Source: Epiperipatus broadwayi (taxonomy: Eukaryota; Animalia; Onychophora). From it: 64,000 bases of DNA. Each line of letters opens with the position of its first letter. Within the stretch, counting starts at the first letter, position 1. The position numbers and the translations under genes are program-made. The notes below the pieces were generated by a model. It did not search any database. It was not told the origin of the DNA and was given only the letters and a program-made list of their open reading frames with translations. Location of the stretch: contig JAQFVV010000008.1 in assembly GCA_028023455.1 (NCBI GenBank), positions 14,260,001 to 14,324,000 on the forward strand, in the 5' to 3' direction. Positions 62,375 through 64,000 of this stretch are shown here, in pieces.

Positions 62375-63670
62375 CATGAAAAGCTTCAGGTAATGATGGA
62401 GTTATTATAAATATTTAAAAGAAGCAGGCAAATATACAGAAAAATTGTTGGCAAAGCTATATGCTAAATGTATCAGATGATTGGAACAATATAATAATGA
62501 TAATTAAAGATGTTTAAAAAGGAAGATATTAGAAATTATTGACTGGTTAGATTTCTGTATTAAAAAGTAATTATACATCACATGCAAATGTTAAAAGAAG
62601 TTATAGAAGGATGAATGAGTATGAATGTCATTTTAGACAGCTATCCTTGACATCTGATTGGCTGGCAGTTATGTGTTGTAACGAGCGTTAGAGATTTGGC
62701 AGTATCTCGATTTATTTCATTACACTTTAGATTTTGGATATGAGTAAAGTTTTAAAATATTAAATCTAAACTTACGATATGAAATTCTGAAGAATATTTA
62801 TCCAGAGCATTGATTAGATTTTTTGATTACAGCAAGATTAACATTGAATAAGGGTGTTTAGCAGTTATTTCATCTCTCCAAACTTTTTTGGTAATATTGT
62901 TGTAGTTTAAATGAGAAGTTAAGAGAATAAAAAGTAGAGATTACTTAAATCATTTAAATTTTTTTCAAATGATGTTTTTATAAATAATAATTTAGAGTTT
63001 CAAGCAATATTACAATAATTGCCGATTAAAACAAGAAAATAGGACTAAAAATAAATGCTAAAAAAAATAATAGGCATTGGTTTGTTTGTTTTTTAAAGTG
63101 GGAAAATATAAATAAATAATTAATGAATTATAAGTTAACACTTATGTTTTCCTGGTCAGATTATCAATGCAGATTAAAATATAATGAATGTAATTAATCA
63201 TAGACTGAAATTTGAATGGAATGTATTTGATAGAAATAATTTAATATTAAAAAGACTGGTTTATAAAAGGATTTCTTTTATATGTATGTTTTAGCATTGC
63301 TTTCTTATGGATCTGACAGTTGGATACTTAATAGAAGAAGAATCCAGAAATTTCAAAATAGCAGAGCATGGTTTGATATATATGGAAAGTAATAAGCCAA
63401 GGATCAAAACAAAATACATGAAACCATTGAAAGAATTAAGAAGCTGAAATGAATTCGGATTAGACATGCTATTAGAAATGACAATAGATTATTAACTGAA
63501 GTCGAAAATTTGATCTTAAAACATTGTAAATATCTAGAAAAAGATCATATATGAGATAAAGAAATTTTTTGGAGTGATGTGGAGAAGAGAAACTATAAAT
63601 CAGAGAAATTGTATTAAATTTGGGGAGTTCATCATGCAGTAAATTGGTAATAATTGAAAATGATGATCTA
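62375..63670 (+). mobile_element. Decayed RTE LINE copy
   Basis: KASGNDGVII, LNHLNFFQMM and LSYGSDSWILNRRRIQKF; nucleotide similarity to 38351-40166. Confidence 0.75.
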
Positions 63671-64000
63671 AAAATATGATGAAACTTCAAGCAATAGACT
63701 TGCATATAAAGTGTCAGTGATAGGATGTCAGAAGAAATTTTAAGGAAGTTTTTTTTGAGAATTCAGAGTAAATTTTGATGTAGTTAAGTAAAAAGCATAA
63801 TTTGGTTAAGCAAATATTTTTTTGATCTAGAGCGAGGAATTTTCAAATTGTCATTATCCAAAGTGCTTTTGAAATCTATTTGGATAGCATGCCTGATGGT
63901 CTCATGAAGATCTAAAATTAAATGCTACACATGACACTTATACTTTGAAGATCGACAACGTTCTAAAGCATGTTTCTATGTAAAATCTTGGCTTGAATGT

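Overview
AT-rich, strongly CpG-depleted eukaryotic DNA; an invertebrate, probably arthropod, origin is an inference. Most of the window is nested, decayed transposable elements: three Ty3/Gypsy LTR elements (15470-21372 +, 27160-36819 +, 48179-57100 -), at least five copies of one RTE LINE family, other LINE remnants, several MITEs and solo LTRs. I recognise one host coding exon, the first exon of V-type H+-ATPase subunit B (44974-45079, +); its intron runs past the window end. Two features stand out. (1) A young 2.44-kb gag-only LTR element (22918-25360, -) with 97%-identical LTRs and a 5-bp TSD, in which pol is replaced by an in-frame coiled-coil ORF separated from gag by a single TGA. (2) A minimal type-I hammerhead ribozyme with an intact core (15255-15294), plus two degenerate hammerhead-like motifs. 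Most short ORFs in the track are spurious or TE fragments. All alignments were done by eye; boundaries of old elements are approximate.
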